A stretch of 64,000 nucleotides of DNA from the NCBI GenBank assembly GCA_032718475.1, contig JAUCBJ010006397.1, positions 1 to 64,000 on the forward strand, read 5' to 3'. Numbering within the stretch: position 1 is the stretch's first letter; each line of letters starts with the position of its first letter. Both the position numbers and the translations under genes were made by a program. The notes beneath the pieces were generated by a model. That model ran no database searches, was not told the origin of the DNA, and saw only the letters and a program-made list of their open reading frames with translations. Positions 23,631 through 34,781 of the stretch are shown here, one piece after another. Source of the DNA: Nemertoderma westbladi. Lineage: Eukaryota; Animalia; Xenacoelomorpha.

Positions 23631-24965
23631 ATTCCAGTTCCTTTCTTCCCCATTTCCATTACTTTCCATTGCATTACATGCCTTTCTATTACATCCCCTT
23701 CAAATCATTTACATTCCATTCCATTATTTTCCATTCCACTACTCTCCTTTCCATTCCATTAGGCCTACTGTCCATACCATTACTTTTCTTGCCATTACGG
23801 GCCTACTTTCCATTAAACTGCCTTTAAAATTTTTTACTTTTTTTACTTTAAAACTTTTACAATTACTGTATACATTCACAATCCTAACCATCATCCATAT
23901 CCTCCATCCACTTCTTCATCACATTCTCAGTTAAGATTTCAGTTACATAGCATTTATAACTGCATGCTCATTAAAACCTGTGGGTAATGATATCACTGAC
24001 TAAAATGGTAACATCCTACCGGGATCAAATGGTTAAGGTTATCCGTCGTCTATCGAGAAGATTACGAACGTATTAGATAATAATATACTGTAGCAGTTGT
24101 TACTATAGGAACAAACGGGTTTTCGCGTGTCATTAACTTTTCCTACCGTACAAGCGGATACCAAGCCAAACTGGCCCAATCTGGGAGTGCCCTCACCGGA
24201 CACACCGGACAATATACCATACGATAGGATGCTCAGGGGGGGGGGGGGGGGGAATAGTAACATATGATAAACACCGGTAGCAACCCGAAGGCTCCTCTCT
24301 CTTGGTTGTTACCTATAAGGCAGGGAGGACGCAACACTAACTCCCAAGGTTGCACACTCCAGTATTATCAGACCCTTTCTTTACTCTGCCAGCACAATCC
24401 TAGTTCCTATTGTACCAATGGGTATGGTAGAATGCCCGGGTGGGGGTGGTGATAAATTGTAACACCGGTGCCGGTACTGTATGATGCTGTGTTCTGTAGA
24501 ACATGCCGATAGCTTTCATGTGTTACTGTTTGTGCTTCATTAACTGTTTGCTGCGAGCCGAATGTTTAGAACTTCTTTCAGTCGGACATTCAATCGGTTA
24601 GATTTAAAATCTATATATAACTTTCGCGAGGTTCGGTTTTCTGGTATATAATTCATTCATACCCGACACCCGTAGAAGTTTAGGATTTGTAGAATTAATT
24701 TAGTTATCGACTCGGCGTGAAGTCTTAACTTCCGAGTTTGTAAGGTTTAGTGTCTCCCCATCATTTTGGGAGGTTATAATGTTGTTTCTGGACCCAACAA
24801 TGTTTATACAGGTAATATGTAATAAATGTTTCTACCTATTTGAAATAAACTAATTAATTAAAACAATATACTTCAATTAGTTATTAATAATTAATATCCA
24901 CCAGAATGTACCCACGAGAGAACGCCTGTAAGGTCCACTATATTTATAAAATTAACGATATTCAG

Positions 24966-25102
24966 GTGATATTTCTCGACAACAGCAGCTGATGAGGACC
25001 GGATGTTATTTGGGACGGACGATGAAAGGAGAGGAACGACCCACTACACCTCCTATAGACCCATTGGGACCCCTAACTCCAGAATGCGACCACGCAATCA
25101 AG
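24966..25102 (+). CDS. CCDC105: CCDC105/TEKTL1 exon 4
   Basis: TTCAG acceptor, phase 1; DPLGPLTPECDHAIK; GTAAC donor. Confidence 0.75.
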
Positions 25103-25219
25103 GTAACAACTGAATTTAATTTAACGATTTTTATGAATCTTTTTTAATACAATTAATTAATACCAAAGAATTTATGTTAATGATCAATAAATTGATGCAA
25201 TATGAATTATTATTATCAA

Positions 25220-25967
25220 TACACTATATGACCCGCAATACCCAATATAGTGTCATTTTCGCTTCTCTTTTCGCTTCTCGTGTCTTTTGCGAAATAGCAC
25301 GCTCCAAATCGCGCCCATTCTTAAAATTAGTCGTAATTTTTCATATAATTAGAAAGCTTACGTTTCAAGGATTTCAAATATGTAACAATATCTGAATTTC
25401 GTTGAGAAACAGCTGAGATATAGGCGTTCAAAGATTGCAAGGAGTATATTTATTCTATTTAATAAATACACAATGTTCTGGAACATTTTGTTTTAGTATG
25501 AATAGCTACACAAAAGATCTATTGGATAGGCATTCCGCTGTTGCCCACCTACTTATATGTTCCAGAATATTGTGTATTTATTAAATATAATAAATGGCTT
25601 GCAGCGAACAATCATTCTTGCAATATTTGAACGCATAATATATATCAGGTGTTTCTTAACAAAAACTGTTACATATTTGGAATCCTCGCAACGCAAACTT
25701 TCTATTGATATGAAAAAAATTACGACTAATGTGAAGAATACGGAGGGTGCGATTTCGAAATTTAAAACGCTTATAAAAAAAATTTAAAGGCAAAATCGAA
25801 CGAAAATTCCGTCTTCATGTTAACAACCACGATGACTTGAACTAATTGTTTCAAATTAAAAGCAATATGCTAAAGATTTGTAGCAAAACTTTCTTTTTTT
25901 TGGGGGGGGGGGGGGGGGGGGGGGGGGGTGTCATAAAAAATGACACTATATTACGGGTCATGGTGTA
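25220..25967. mobile_element. Family A MITE, near full length, TA-flanked
   Basis: Left TACAC..ATGACCCG..AATATAGTGTCATTTT vs right AAAATGACACTATATTACGGGTCATGGTGTA; poly-G tract near the right end. Confidence 0.8.
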
Positions 25968-26183
25968 TAATTTGAACACATTGGAATTGTTCGTTACCTA
26001 GGATTAGCACTACTCGTTCAATATTAAATAATAATAATATTTTACACAATAGTAACCATGATAGAAGCTCTGGAGTAAATATGCTACCGTATGATCACCC
26101 ATGTAACTTTGTATGCAATAATAATATCTACAATTATATGTCGCATATAATTAATTGACGATTCTCCAATATTTTCTTATATT

Positions 26184-27677
26184 TTACACATTTTCAATGT
26201 TCCAGCCGAGTTGCAATTTGCTGCGCAGTATTTCTTTAGTCTTGATATGTTTCTTGGCCGTCTCAACTTCATCTAGAACATTCTTTCCAGACAATGCCAC
26301 CACGTTGTCACTGGTTTCGTTAGCGTTGACAGCAACAGCTGACAACTCAGATGGCTTATACAGATGTTGGTTTTTCCCCCTACTAAAATTGTGAAACTTC
26401 ATTCTTAGTTCATCGTTAACAATGGCGCTGTTTTCTCTTGTCTTAACGTCTGGATATATTAATCTATCTGCGAGGATTCCGTCTGCGTCTACTGAATCCT
26501 CTCGAACTTGATCCGAACGAATATTATCCGAATCGGATTTAATGAGAACTGCGAGATTGGTGTTGGTATCGTGAGCAGTGTTTACAACCGCATTTGTCTT
26601 CATCTGCATTATCTTTTCGTTGAGAACATTCTGTAGTTCTTCCTGACATATCCCTGGCAGCATCACTCCATATTTCATACCCAAGTGTTTCGTAGCGCCC
26701 CCAGCGACCTGACACGATAACGGGGTAGTTTCCCGTTGGTAGACAACCGGCTCCAGCAACCCCGAACATGCCTGTCCACCATCGCTACGCTCTTCCATCA
26801 TCTTTATATGATTGACATTAATTTTCCCCTCCACACCGGCGACTCTGCAGACCCAAGTCTCATCCGATCGCCTGTCAATCACCTCAACAACTTCGCCGCC
26901 CCGGAAATTAAGATACCCGACACTTAGGTCTCCATAGAAACTGCACGCCGTGACGAATGTCGGCGTTTTATGACTTTCAACGAGCTTCACATTAGACTCT
27001 AGCTCCTGTCTGTTTTCCACGTAATCACTAGGGCTGGTGTCATTTTCTAGTCGGAAGGGCTTGTGTACTGTAATAGACCCATCGTCGATAATATCTATCT
27101 TTTTATTTGTTAACTCAGGATCATCATTGGCCACTCGGAACACTTTACTATCCAAACCGTCCTCCACCTTATCTAAATACACGGCCTGCACGAAGCCTTG
27201 TTTGACCCATCCGTACTCATCTTTGATTCTAGCTAACCACCAACCCATAACATTCTTCTCCATCACTTTGATTTGGTCCCCTTTCTTCACCTGTAGTTCC
27301 CAGATGTAGTTGGAGAGTTTGTAGTCCTCGGCTACCACGTAGGTTTCCTCCTGTCCGGCTTCGTAGCGGATAGTTAGCTCCTGGTACGGCGGTCCGCCGT
27401 TCTCGTACCGGTAACGACCTCCTACAGCCCCGTAACCGCCAACAGCGACCTTCTGGAAATCTCCGAATTTGTCTTTCTTCAGTATCTCCACCGTATCACC
27501 GAAACTTTTATCATCGTTATGAGTTTCAACAACAGTTTTATGTTGTTTAGTTGTTTCTAACTTCTCGTTTGCGTCATTGGTTGCAATAACCTTGGCTTTT
27601 TCGTCGTCCCTCACTATGAGACACGCTTTCTCGAATTCTATACTTGTTTGAGTTTCGATCCTTCTGCTATGCAACAT
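26184..27677 (-). CDS. Intronless protein with two SH3 domains, nested antisense in CCDC105 intron 4
   Basis: ~500-aa ORF; SH3-1 YVVAEDY...ELQVKKGDQIKVMEKNVMGWWLARIKDEYGWV; degenerate SH3-2 FVTACSF...LNFRGGEVVEVIDRRSDETWVCRVAGVEGKI; first ATG at 27677. Confidence 0.75.
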   Translation of the reverse strand: MLHSRRIETQTSIEFEKACLIVRDDEKAKVIATNDANEKLETTKQHKTVVETHNDDKSFGDTVEILKKDKFGDFQKVAVGGYGAVGGRYRYENGGPPYQELTIRYEAGQEETYVVAEDYKLSNYIWELQVKKGDQIKVMEKNVMGWWLARIKDEYGWVKQGFVQAVYLDKVEDGLDSKVFRVANDDPELTNKKIDIIDDGSITVHKPFRLENDTSPSDYVENRQELESNVKLVESHKTPTFVTACSFYGDLSVGYLNFRGGEVVEVIDRRSDETWVCRVAGVEGKINVNHIKMMEERSDGGQACSGLLEPVVYQRETTPLSCQVAGGATKHLGMKYGVMLPGICQEELQNVLNEKIMQMKTNAVVNTAHDTNTNLAVLIKSDSDNIRSDQVREDSVDADGILADRLIYPDVKTRENSAIVNDELRMKFHNFSRGKNQHLYKPSELSAVAVNANETSDNVVALSGKNVLDEVETAKKHIKTKEILRSKLQLGWNIENV

Positions 27678-28686
27678 GTTGTAAGTTTTCAGCAAGTAAA
27701 ATTATTTATTAACAAAACAAATTAACAATTGTTACAACCAAAAATTTATTCATAAATATATTTCCTACTTCAGTTTAAGCTTGTTCCTTTATTGTAGTTA
27801 ATAAGAGTTAATAAGTATCTCTTAAAATCGTTTCAATACGTTACGGCCAATAATATGGTTATTGTGTTAGTGAACAACATGTACGACATTTACTAGTTCA
27901 AGAGTTGAATGAATGTACAGATAGGGAATGAGGTCATTGTTCTTTCCAATTAAAATTAAGTGACAACAATCATCTGTTTGCTACGAATAGTCAATTAGTT
28001 TGTATATTGGCTTTGGCAAACGTGAACTGATTATGTTACTGGTTTAAACATCGCGTTGGATTAATATTAGTTTTTGAATGATTTCCTTGTAATTAAAAGT
28101 TATCTAACTTAACAACAAACACCCAATATTACTTATCTCTCTCTACCACGGTGTGAAAATTTGGAGTGCAGCACAGGGCCGAGTCTAGTAACACTGGAGT
28201 GAAGTGAGGTTAGTGTTGTATTTCTGAAAAGGAGAATGGTTTTATAACATTATAATTAGTTATATTGAGTGAAATACGACGTGAAATAAAGTAAACTCAA
28301 TGATGAGCTATATGGGGTACTATAAATCACGTCGTGAAATAAAGTAATAGTATTCTTTCAGTATTGTACCCTATTCTACGGTCACGCTGAGGTAGACCTA
28401 ACAGTAACTCATTCATAACACGATACAAACCGCACAAGATACGTAGGTCGTTACCGGTACCATACCGTGGACAGGGCCAGTGTCACTCACACTGTCGCTG
28501 CCCCGGCAAAATAAATACGAAATTTAATCCCCAAATGTTGAGTTTTGAAAACAGAAATGAAAACAGTTTGAAAATTACAGGAGGGACTTACGGTGGGCAC
28601 ACAGCCAGAGTGAAAGTAAGTGTGAGTAAGTAAGTGAGTGAAAGTAAAGTCGAAAGTGAGTAAGTGAGAAAGTGAGTAAGAAAGTG

Positions 28687-29219
28687 AGTAAAGTAAAGTA
28701 AAGTAAAGTAAAGTAAAGTAAAGTAAAGTAAAGTAAAGTAAAGTAAAGTAAAGTAAAGTAAAGTAAAGTAAAGTAAAGTAAAGTAAAGTAAAGTAAAGTA
28801 AAGTAAAGTAAAGTAAAGTAAAGTAAAGTAAAGTAAAGTAAAGTAAAGTAAAGTAAAGTAAAGTAAAGTAAAGTAAAGTAAAGTAAAGTAAAGTAAAGTA
28901 AAGTAAAGTAAAGTAAAGTAAAGTAAAGTAAAGTAAAGTAAAGTAAAGTAAAGTAAAGTAAAGTAAAGTAAAGTAAAGTAAAGTAAAGTAAAGTAAAGTA
29001 AAGTAAAGTAAAGTAAAGTAAAGTAAAGTAAAGTAAAGTAAAGTAAAGTAAAGTAAAGTAAAGTAAAGTAAAGTAAAGTAAAGTAAAGTAAAGTAAAGTA
29101 AAGTAAAGTAAAGTAAAGTAAAGTAAAGTAAAGTAAAGTAAAGTAAAGTAAAGTAAAGTAAAGTAAAGTAAAGTAAAGTAAAGTAAAGTAAAGTAAAGTA
29201 AAGTAAAGTAAAGTAAAGT
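28687..29219. repeat. (AGTAA)n microsatellite, ~106 perfect units
   Basis: Read directly; degenerate AGTGAGTA units at 28610-28690. Confidence 0.98.
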
Positions 29220-30600
29220 CTCTCAGTTTATAAATCGGATGGCAAGTGAGATTAGGATTAATAATATTACTGCACGTTGTAAATCTGGTTGCAGTCACGG
29301 GTTTACTTGTAATACGCCTACGCATTTCAGTAAATGTATTCGGTACGTCATATTTTATTGCACTTTGTAAGATCCTATAACCTGGAGTATTATACTCTTT
29401 AGATACACGGTATATACGGTGGAATGGTATCTCTAGATCAGTATTATTAAACACTTTTCCCAAAAAGCTTTCCTACTTTTATAAACACGGTCTTTTACTG
29501 TTAACGTTCCTAATTCTAATAGACATAAATCAATCGGTATTTGTGAGCGGACGTTTAAAAGTATACGCACCATCCTACTGTACACTGACTCAACTGATGC
29601 AACATTATCAGATAACCAACTTTCTGAGCTGTACTATAAAATCTTAGACACAATTGCAGCTTCAAAAACTTGCCTCTTGAAAATGAACGGCATAGAGGAG
29701 TTTTTCCTAGAAAAAATACAAAACTTATTAAATATATGTTATAGTACATTATGATAATGATCTCCATAGCGAAAAATATCAACCACCCCTATTGGGGCTC
29801 GAACCCGGTACCTAGGTTTCAAAATTCCGGTTATCATCAGCCGAGTGTGGGTCCTAAGACCACTGAGCTACCAGGGCGGTAGAAGATTTATTCGCTTTGG
29901 AATGGGCTCTCATATTTAGGCCCTTTTCAGTCACTCATAGGAAAGTACAACGTTATTCCCGTGCTCTGCCAGAAATGGCAACCATGCCTCAAATAATAAC
30001 TATTATACAGTGTTGTAGAAACCACTGTAACCCCCTACCTTTACAGCATTATTCATCATATCAATTAAGTGATAAGAGCAAAATAGAAAAATTGAAGTGG
30101 GCGCCCCCTGGCGGATACCTATAGTACCAACTATACAAATCGATTTAAAGACACTAAAAGTTGACGAATAAAGTAATTTAATAGCCCTTAACATCACTTT
30201 ACCACACCCTAGGTTTTTGAAACGGTTCAACATACGGTCTCTAGGTCCAAATCATAGGCTTTCCTGAAATCAATGAACAGTACGTACAATTTTACTTTCC
30301 TATATACATCCAAATCCAATAATAAACGCAAAGATAAGATGTGCTCTATGCAACCCCGCCCCTTCTTACCCCAGGCTTGACATTTATTCGGCTGAAACCA
30401 CCGATTCGACCTGTCAGCTATCATTATATCAAATATCTTTGCACAAGTAGTCAACAGGCTTAATCCCCGGTAGTTCTCACATAAATTCCTATTACCACAG
30501 TTTTTATATATAGCGACCAATATACTTAGTAACCAAGATATCGGTAAACAACCTACTTGGAAAACTATATTAAACAAAGTGAGGAAATCAGTAACCAGAT
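29220..30600 (-). pseudogene. Decayed non-LTR retrotransposon RT/C-terminal fragment (RTEX-like)
   Basis: NYRGLS, GRGCIEHILSLRLL, FIDFRKAYD, GIRQGAPTS, KRQVFEAAIVSKIL*YSSESW with stops and frameshifts; the catalytic xxDD segment is missing at the 29741-30005 insert. Confidence 0.8.
29782..29880 (-). ncRNA. tRNA-like Pol III cassette (A box, B box) containing a hammerhead-like core; part of a ~265-bp insert (~29741-30005) in the LINE
   Basis: ACCGCCCTGG-TAGCTCAGTGG...CTCGG-CTGATGA-13nt-GAAA-CCTAGG-TA-CCGGG-TTCGAGCCC...AGGGGTGGT. Confidence 0.55.
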
Positions 30601-32077
30601 CCTGGCTACGAACAAAATAACCCTGGCATACATGACATAAAAAACTGTCTATTTACATTTTCAAATTAATATTTTTATATAAAATAACGATTTTCAGTTG
30701 ACCATTTGCAACAGTTTTCTGTATCACACAAAAAATATTTAGCCCCACTTTTCACGGCAAAGTTTCCCAGAAAGTGAAACTTTATGTTGTCACTGGATTA
30801 AAAATTTCATCCGTGATATAATTTAAAAATTTTTTCTCACTAGAAAACTTTCCACTTCCCTCTGATATATCTTGCCGGACACCTCAATACCACCATTAAA
30901 CGACTGTTACTTCAAATTTTTAAGAATTATGGACATAAAACACGAAAAAAATATTTAAAATTTCCCATAGGTGACATAAATTTTTAGTCATTTTTTGCAT
31001 CCCGGAACGTTTCTCTCAATAACGGCCAATAATGTTTTGGGGCACTTTCTGGTTTCATATGCAGAAATTATCGCTCTTTCTAACCATCACTATGGCAAAT
31101 TCTCAAAGTTAATTTCAAAATTCAACAAATCTCAAAAATCACGAACGGGACATTATTGGTCAGGTTGGCATTGACCCGTTTTATTGTGGCATCACATGGC
31201 AATAATATTTAGTGAGTGTGAATAAGAAATAACTCTGTAAAGTACTTTGCGACAAGTTTTTATTCCAAATTATTACTATTCACGAAAAAAACCTTATACG
31301 GAACTTTTGTTGCAAAAAATGTATAAACTACACCGGTACAGTCTGCTTGTTAGTGTGGGGTGCAGTCTGTTACATACGTATATCCGTCACACCACCATGT
31401 TACATAGCAGACGCAGCAGCAACTTTTTAACGATTAAATGCTCGTTTATAAAGTTCAGTTTATAAGTCGACTTTGAACTGTTTGTATCTGTTGCCGTTCT
31501 AAGGTTTAGGGGGGGGGGCTATTGAAAACCACTGGCACCGCATTAATAAAGCATCTAGCTCCAAAGCTGACAGAAAATTTCGGCTTTCACTAACTTTTAG
31601 TTTATGACTGATCTGTGTTCAACCACATTATTTGGAGTAATTCAAACTGTCCAGCGATGTTTAACTTAATTCGTGAGTATTACAAGTTACACCAGGAGCT
31701 AAATGTATACTTCAATAACTGCGTTATTGTGCACCTAAAAATAATACTGCTTTAATTTTTCCTTCTTATTTGACTTCTGATAACCAAAAACTTATAGGCC
31801 TATTCTTTAAACAAGTGATTCCTTCTTAGAGGCTTCTGTTATGGTAAAATATAAGCAAAATCACTTTTCCGGAAAATCCCTTAAAGAAACACATTTCCGG
31901 AAACTCCCATCGTTATTCCAGATGAATAAATTCATAAATAATAAAATATTTATTAATTTTATGAACCCAATTGTCCTGTTATGTCAAATAAACTGAGTTA
32001 ATAAAATATAAGTTATATAATAATTAATACATTATTATTATAATTATGGTTGAACTGATACACCAACGGTTAATTAA

Positions 32078-33349
32078 TTAATATCTCGGGAAGTTCTCGT
32101 CTATCTGTGTAGACCAGGCGTCTAGCCCTCCCACAATGTCTTTAATAACCAACCCGGACTTCTGTATGTCCGGGTTTTCCTTTAATATTCGTACAGATCT
32201 CTGGGAGTCGTTACCCTGCTTACACACGATAAATACTTTCAGTTTGCAACTATCCGCTATCTGCTGTTTTATTTCACGACATTGCTCTAATAATTTATTG
32301 CAGTAACCATGGGAACGTTTAAGTTTGCTGTAGGGCAATGAAAACTGAAAGTTTTTATTCACCGGTAGTGAACATAATTCCAGCTCTACAGGTTCTCGTA
32401 CATCGACTAGCAGACAGGGGTCGCCACGATCCAGACATTCCTTGTATTCCGTCACGGAGATTCTCTCGCTTTTATCCAGCAGTTCGACCCTCCGACATTT
32501 ATCGTTAGGCCCCGCCCCGCAGAACTCCGTATAATCGATATCGTTGAGTCGCTGGATAGATGAATGAATTCCGCACACTGGGCAATCGAAGCGCCGTCCG
32601 CGCAACCGTACCGTACGGAAACCGAACCGCAACCCGTCCAACACCAGCAGCTTCCCCGCGTACAACGACGGCAACCCGGCCGCTAGTTTAATCCCTTCTA
32701 GGGCCTGGAGACAGCCGATAATCCCCGGTACCACGCCCACAACGCCCCCTTCCGAGCAGTTGGTCACGGTGTCCGGGTGAGGGGGCTCCGGGTACAGACA
32801 CCGGTAGCACGGCGATCCATCGTGGTTGTACACGGTCAGCTGACCTTCCCAACGCAAAGCGCTACCGGAAACCAACGGTTTACCCGTTAGAACGCAAGCG
32901 TCGCTCACTAGGTAACGTGTAGCTACGTTGTCGCTACAATCGAATATTACGTCGTATTTACCGACTAATTCTAAGGCGTTCTCGCGGTCTAGTTGTAAGT
33001 TATGTTTGTAATAATTAATTTCTGAGTTTAGTTTGTTCAGCGAGTTGACTGCCGAATCGACTTTCGGTGTTCCGATGTCTGACTCCCCGTGTAGGATCTG
33101 CCTGTGCAGGTTGCTGATGTCGACACAGTCACCGTCTACTAGGCCTATGTTACCGACACCGGCTGCCGCTAGGTACTGCAGACAGGGGCAGCCCAACCCG
33201 CCCCCCGCCCCGATGAGAAGGACTCGGGATTTAGCGAGTCGTAGCTGTCCGGTTACGCCAAGCTCCGGGAGGATTAACTGTCGACTGTAACGGCTGATAT
33301 CGTGGTTGTTTAGTAGACAACTGGTTTCTTCTTTGGAATAGGTCGCCAT
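32078..33349 (-). CDS. MOCS3: MOCS3/UBA4 adenylyltransferase-sulfurtransferase, intronless, nested antisense in CCDC105 intron 4
   Basis: RYSRQLILPE, SNLHRQILH, DCSDNVATRY, PCYRCLYP, TNCSEGGV, CPVC, and rhodanese loop CKQGNDSQ ending ...FPRY. Confidence 0.95.
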   Translation of the reverse strand: MATYSKEETSCLLNNHDISRYSRQLILPELGVTGQLRLAKSRVLLIGAGGGLGCPCLQYLAAAGVGNIGLVDGDCVDISNLHRQILHGESDIGTPKVDSAVNSLNKLNSEINYYKHNLQLDRENALELVGKYDVIFDCSDNVATRYLVSDACVLTGKPLVSGSALRWEGQLTVYNHDGSPCYRCLYPEPPHPDTVTNCSEGGVVGVVPGIIGCLQALEGIKLAAGLPSLYAGKLLVLDGLRFGFRTVRLRGRRFDCPVCGIHSSIQRLNDIDYTEFCGAGPNDKCRRVELLDKSERISVTEYKECLDRGDPCLLVDVREPVELELCSLPVNKNFQFSLPYSKLKRSHGYCNKLLEQCREIKQQIADSCKLKVFIVCKQGNDSQRSVRILKENPDIQKSGLVIKDIVGGLDAWSTQIDENFPRY

Positions 33350-33557
33350 TTTATAAAACGAAGGTAGCGATTGATAACAAGAAAGGAAACAATGACCTAC
33401 CCAGCCCCAGCTACTATACCTAACGCTGTAACGTCAGAACGTACCGCTACTAACAAAAAGTGATGTGTGTGCCACACTCAAATAACTTAACCTTAAGCAA
33501 TGCTGATGATATAGAAGGAAATTTAAAATACACTAGGCCTATTACATTGTATTAAAT

Positions 33558-33740
33558 TCTCGCGCTAATGATTGGCTGAAAGAATTTATAATATAACTCT
33601 CCACATTCGCTTGGAATAATCATGGGCTAAGAGAAAGAAGAAAGAACCGAACATTAACATTATTGATAGAAAGATATTTACAACAGTACGCGCTTGACTT
33701 TTGGGGATAAACCTAAATACTTTCAGCCAATCATTAGCAA
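33558..33740. mobile_element. Palindromic non-autonomous element just upstream of MOCS3
   Basis: GCTAATGATTGGCTGAAAG ... CTTTCAGCCAATCATTAGC inverted ends. Confidence 0.5.
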
Positions 33741-33744
33741 GTTG

Positions 33745-34371
33745 TTAGACTAGATTACTGTAAGAAAAAAAAGCTACTGACTACTGGCTACTGACCTAGA
33801 GCAAAAACGGCTCTAACGATTGTGATGAAATTTTGCATGGACCATGAAAATAGATTTCTATGGGTACTTGTGAACTTGTTTTATTTACAAAAATAAGAAC
33901 GAATTTGTCTTATTACTTCTTGTGCGCGATTGTATTGAATTCATGACAACTCCTGTTATTATTATTAATCAATTGACACCTCGACTCCTCTCCGACTACT
34001 CTATCCGATAGAACAAAATAATCATTTCGCTAACTGTTCTCTATCTTCTATAATGATAATCACAACAGCTTTCATAATTCATTACATGATTAGTGATTAC
34101 AACATAATAGTTATAGTTTGATGTTGTCTAGAAAATGTATCGTACTCGTACACCACCGGGGCTACACCCACGCTAATATATCATATGATGTTGACAACTA
34201 CGACTTTAGAGGGATTGTAATATTCATATTAAAACAATAAAAGTATCTGAGGGAATAGACCCCATGTCCTATTTTATTGTGCTAATATATCAGACAGAAC
34301 AAAAAGCTTTTACTGGCCAATGTACTGTCTCCTACACGACTTGCTTCACGGGCCGCTGGGCCCGTCTCTAG
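33745..34371 (+). mobile_element. Non-autonomous Helitron-like element (5' boundary approximate)
   Basis: 3' hairpin ACGGGCC-gctg-GGCCCGT followed by a short CTAG-like end (ctCTAG|T); 5' part resembles the inverted segment at 43735-43830. Confidence 0.5.
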
Positions 34372-34781
34372 TTAGGGAAAGGATTTAATACACCATAATT
34401 GTGTATTTAAATTCCCTCCTATATCATATCAACCAATCTCTAGGGGGATGATAAAATAACATAAATATGTCCATTTATCTAAATTAGGGGATGATTTAAT
34501 AAAATGGTTAATTTATTATTAAACTTCCTAAATAATAAAATCGCACCCTTTTGGAGGTGAAGTAAATGTTTTTGCGGCGATTTACTGTAGCGGGTTTTTT
34601 TTTTAGCAAATGTATTGTGTGCCATACAGGTGTAGACGTTAGGTTAGGTTTATAGTGTCGACAATGTATGTCACGAGGAGAGTTTCGTCACAGAGTGCCA
34701 TAGAGAATCGTTTTTTGCTGTTTTGTGGGCTTTAGCTTCAATGACCATTTTTTGTCAATGGCCATATTGATGTAATATAAC

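Noticed and set aside
22515-23827. Four long repetitive ORFs (LLSIQ.., MESNW..)
   Set aside because: By-products of a stop-free 30-bp minisatellite.
24905-24927. AG/GTAAG-bounded micro-exon in CCDC105
   Set aside because: 23 nt would shift the frame and leave a 38-nt intron; exons 3 and 4 already join in frame.
28588-29463. 291-aa ORF with (LYFTL)n
   Set aside because: LINE remnant running into the (TTACT)n microsatellite.
29782-29880. Functional tRNA gene
   Set aside because: D-, T- and acceptor stems are mismatched and the central region is too long; the tRNA-like pieces at 43.7 and 57.1 kb are similarly degenerate.
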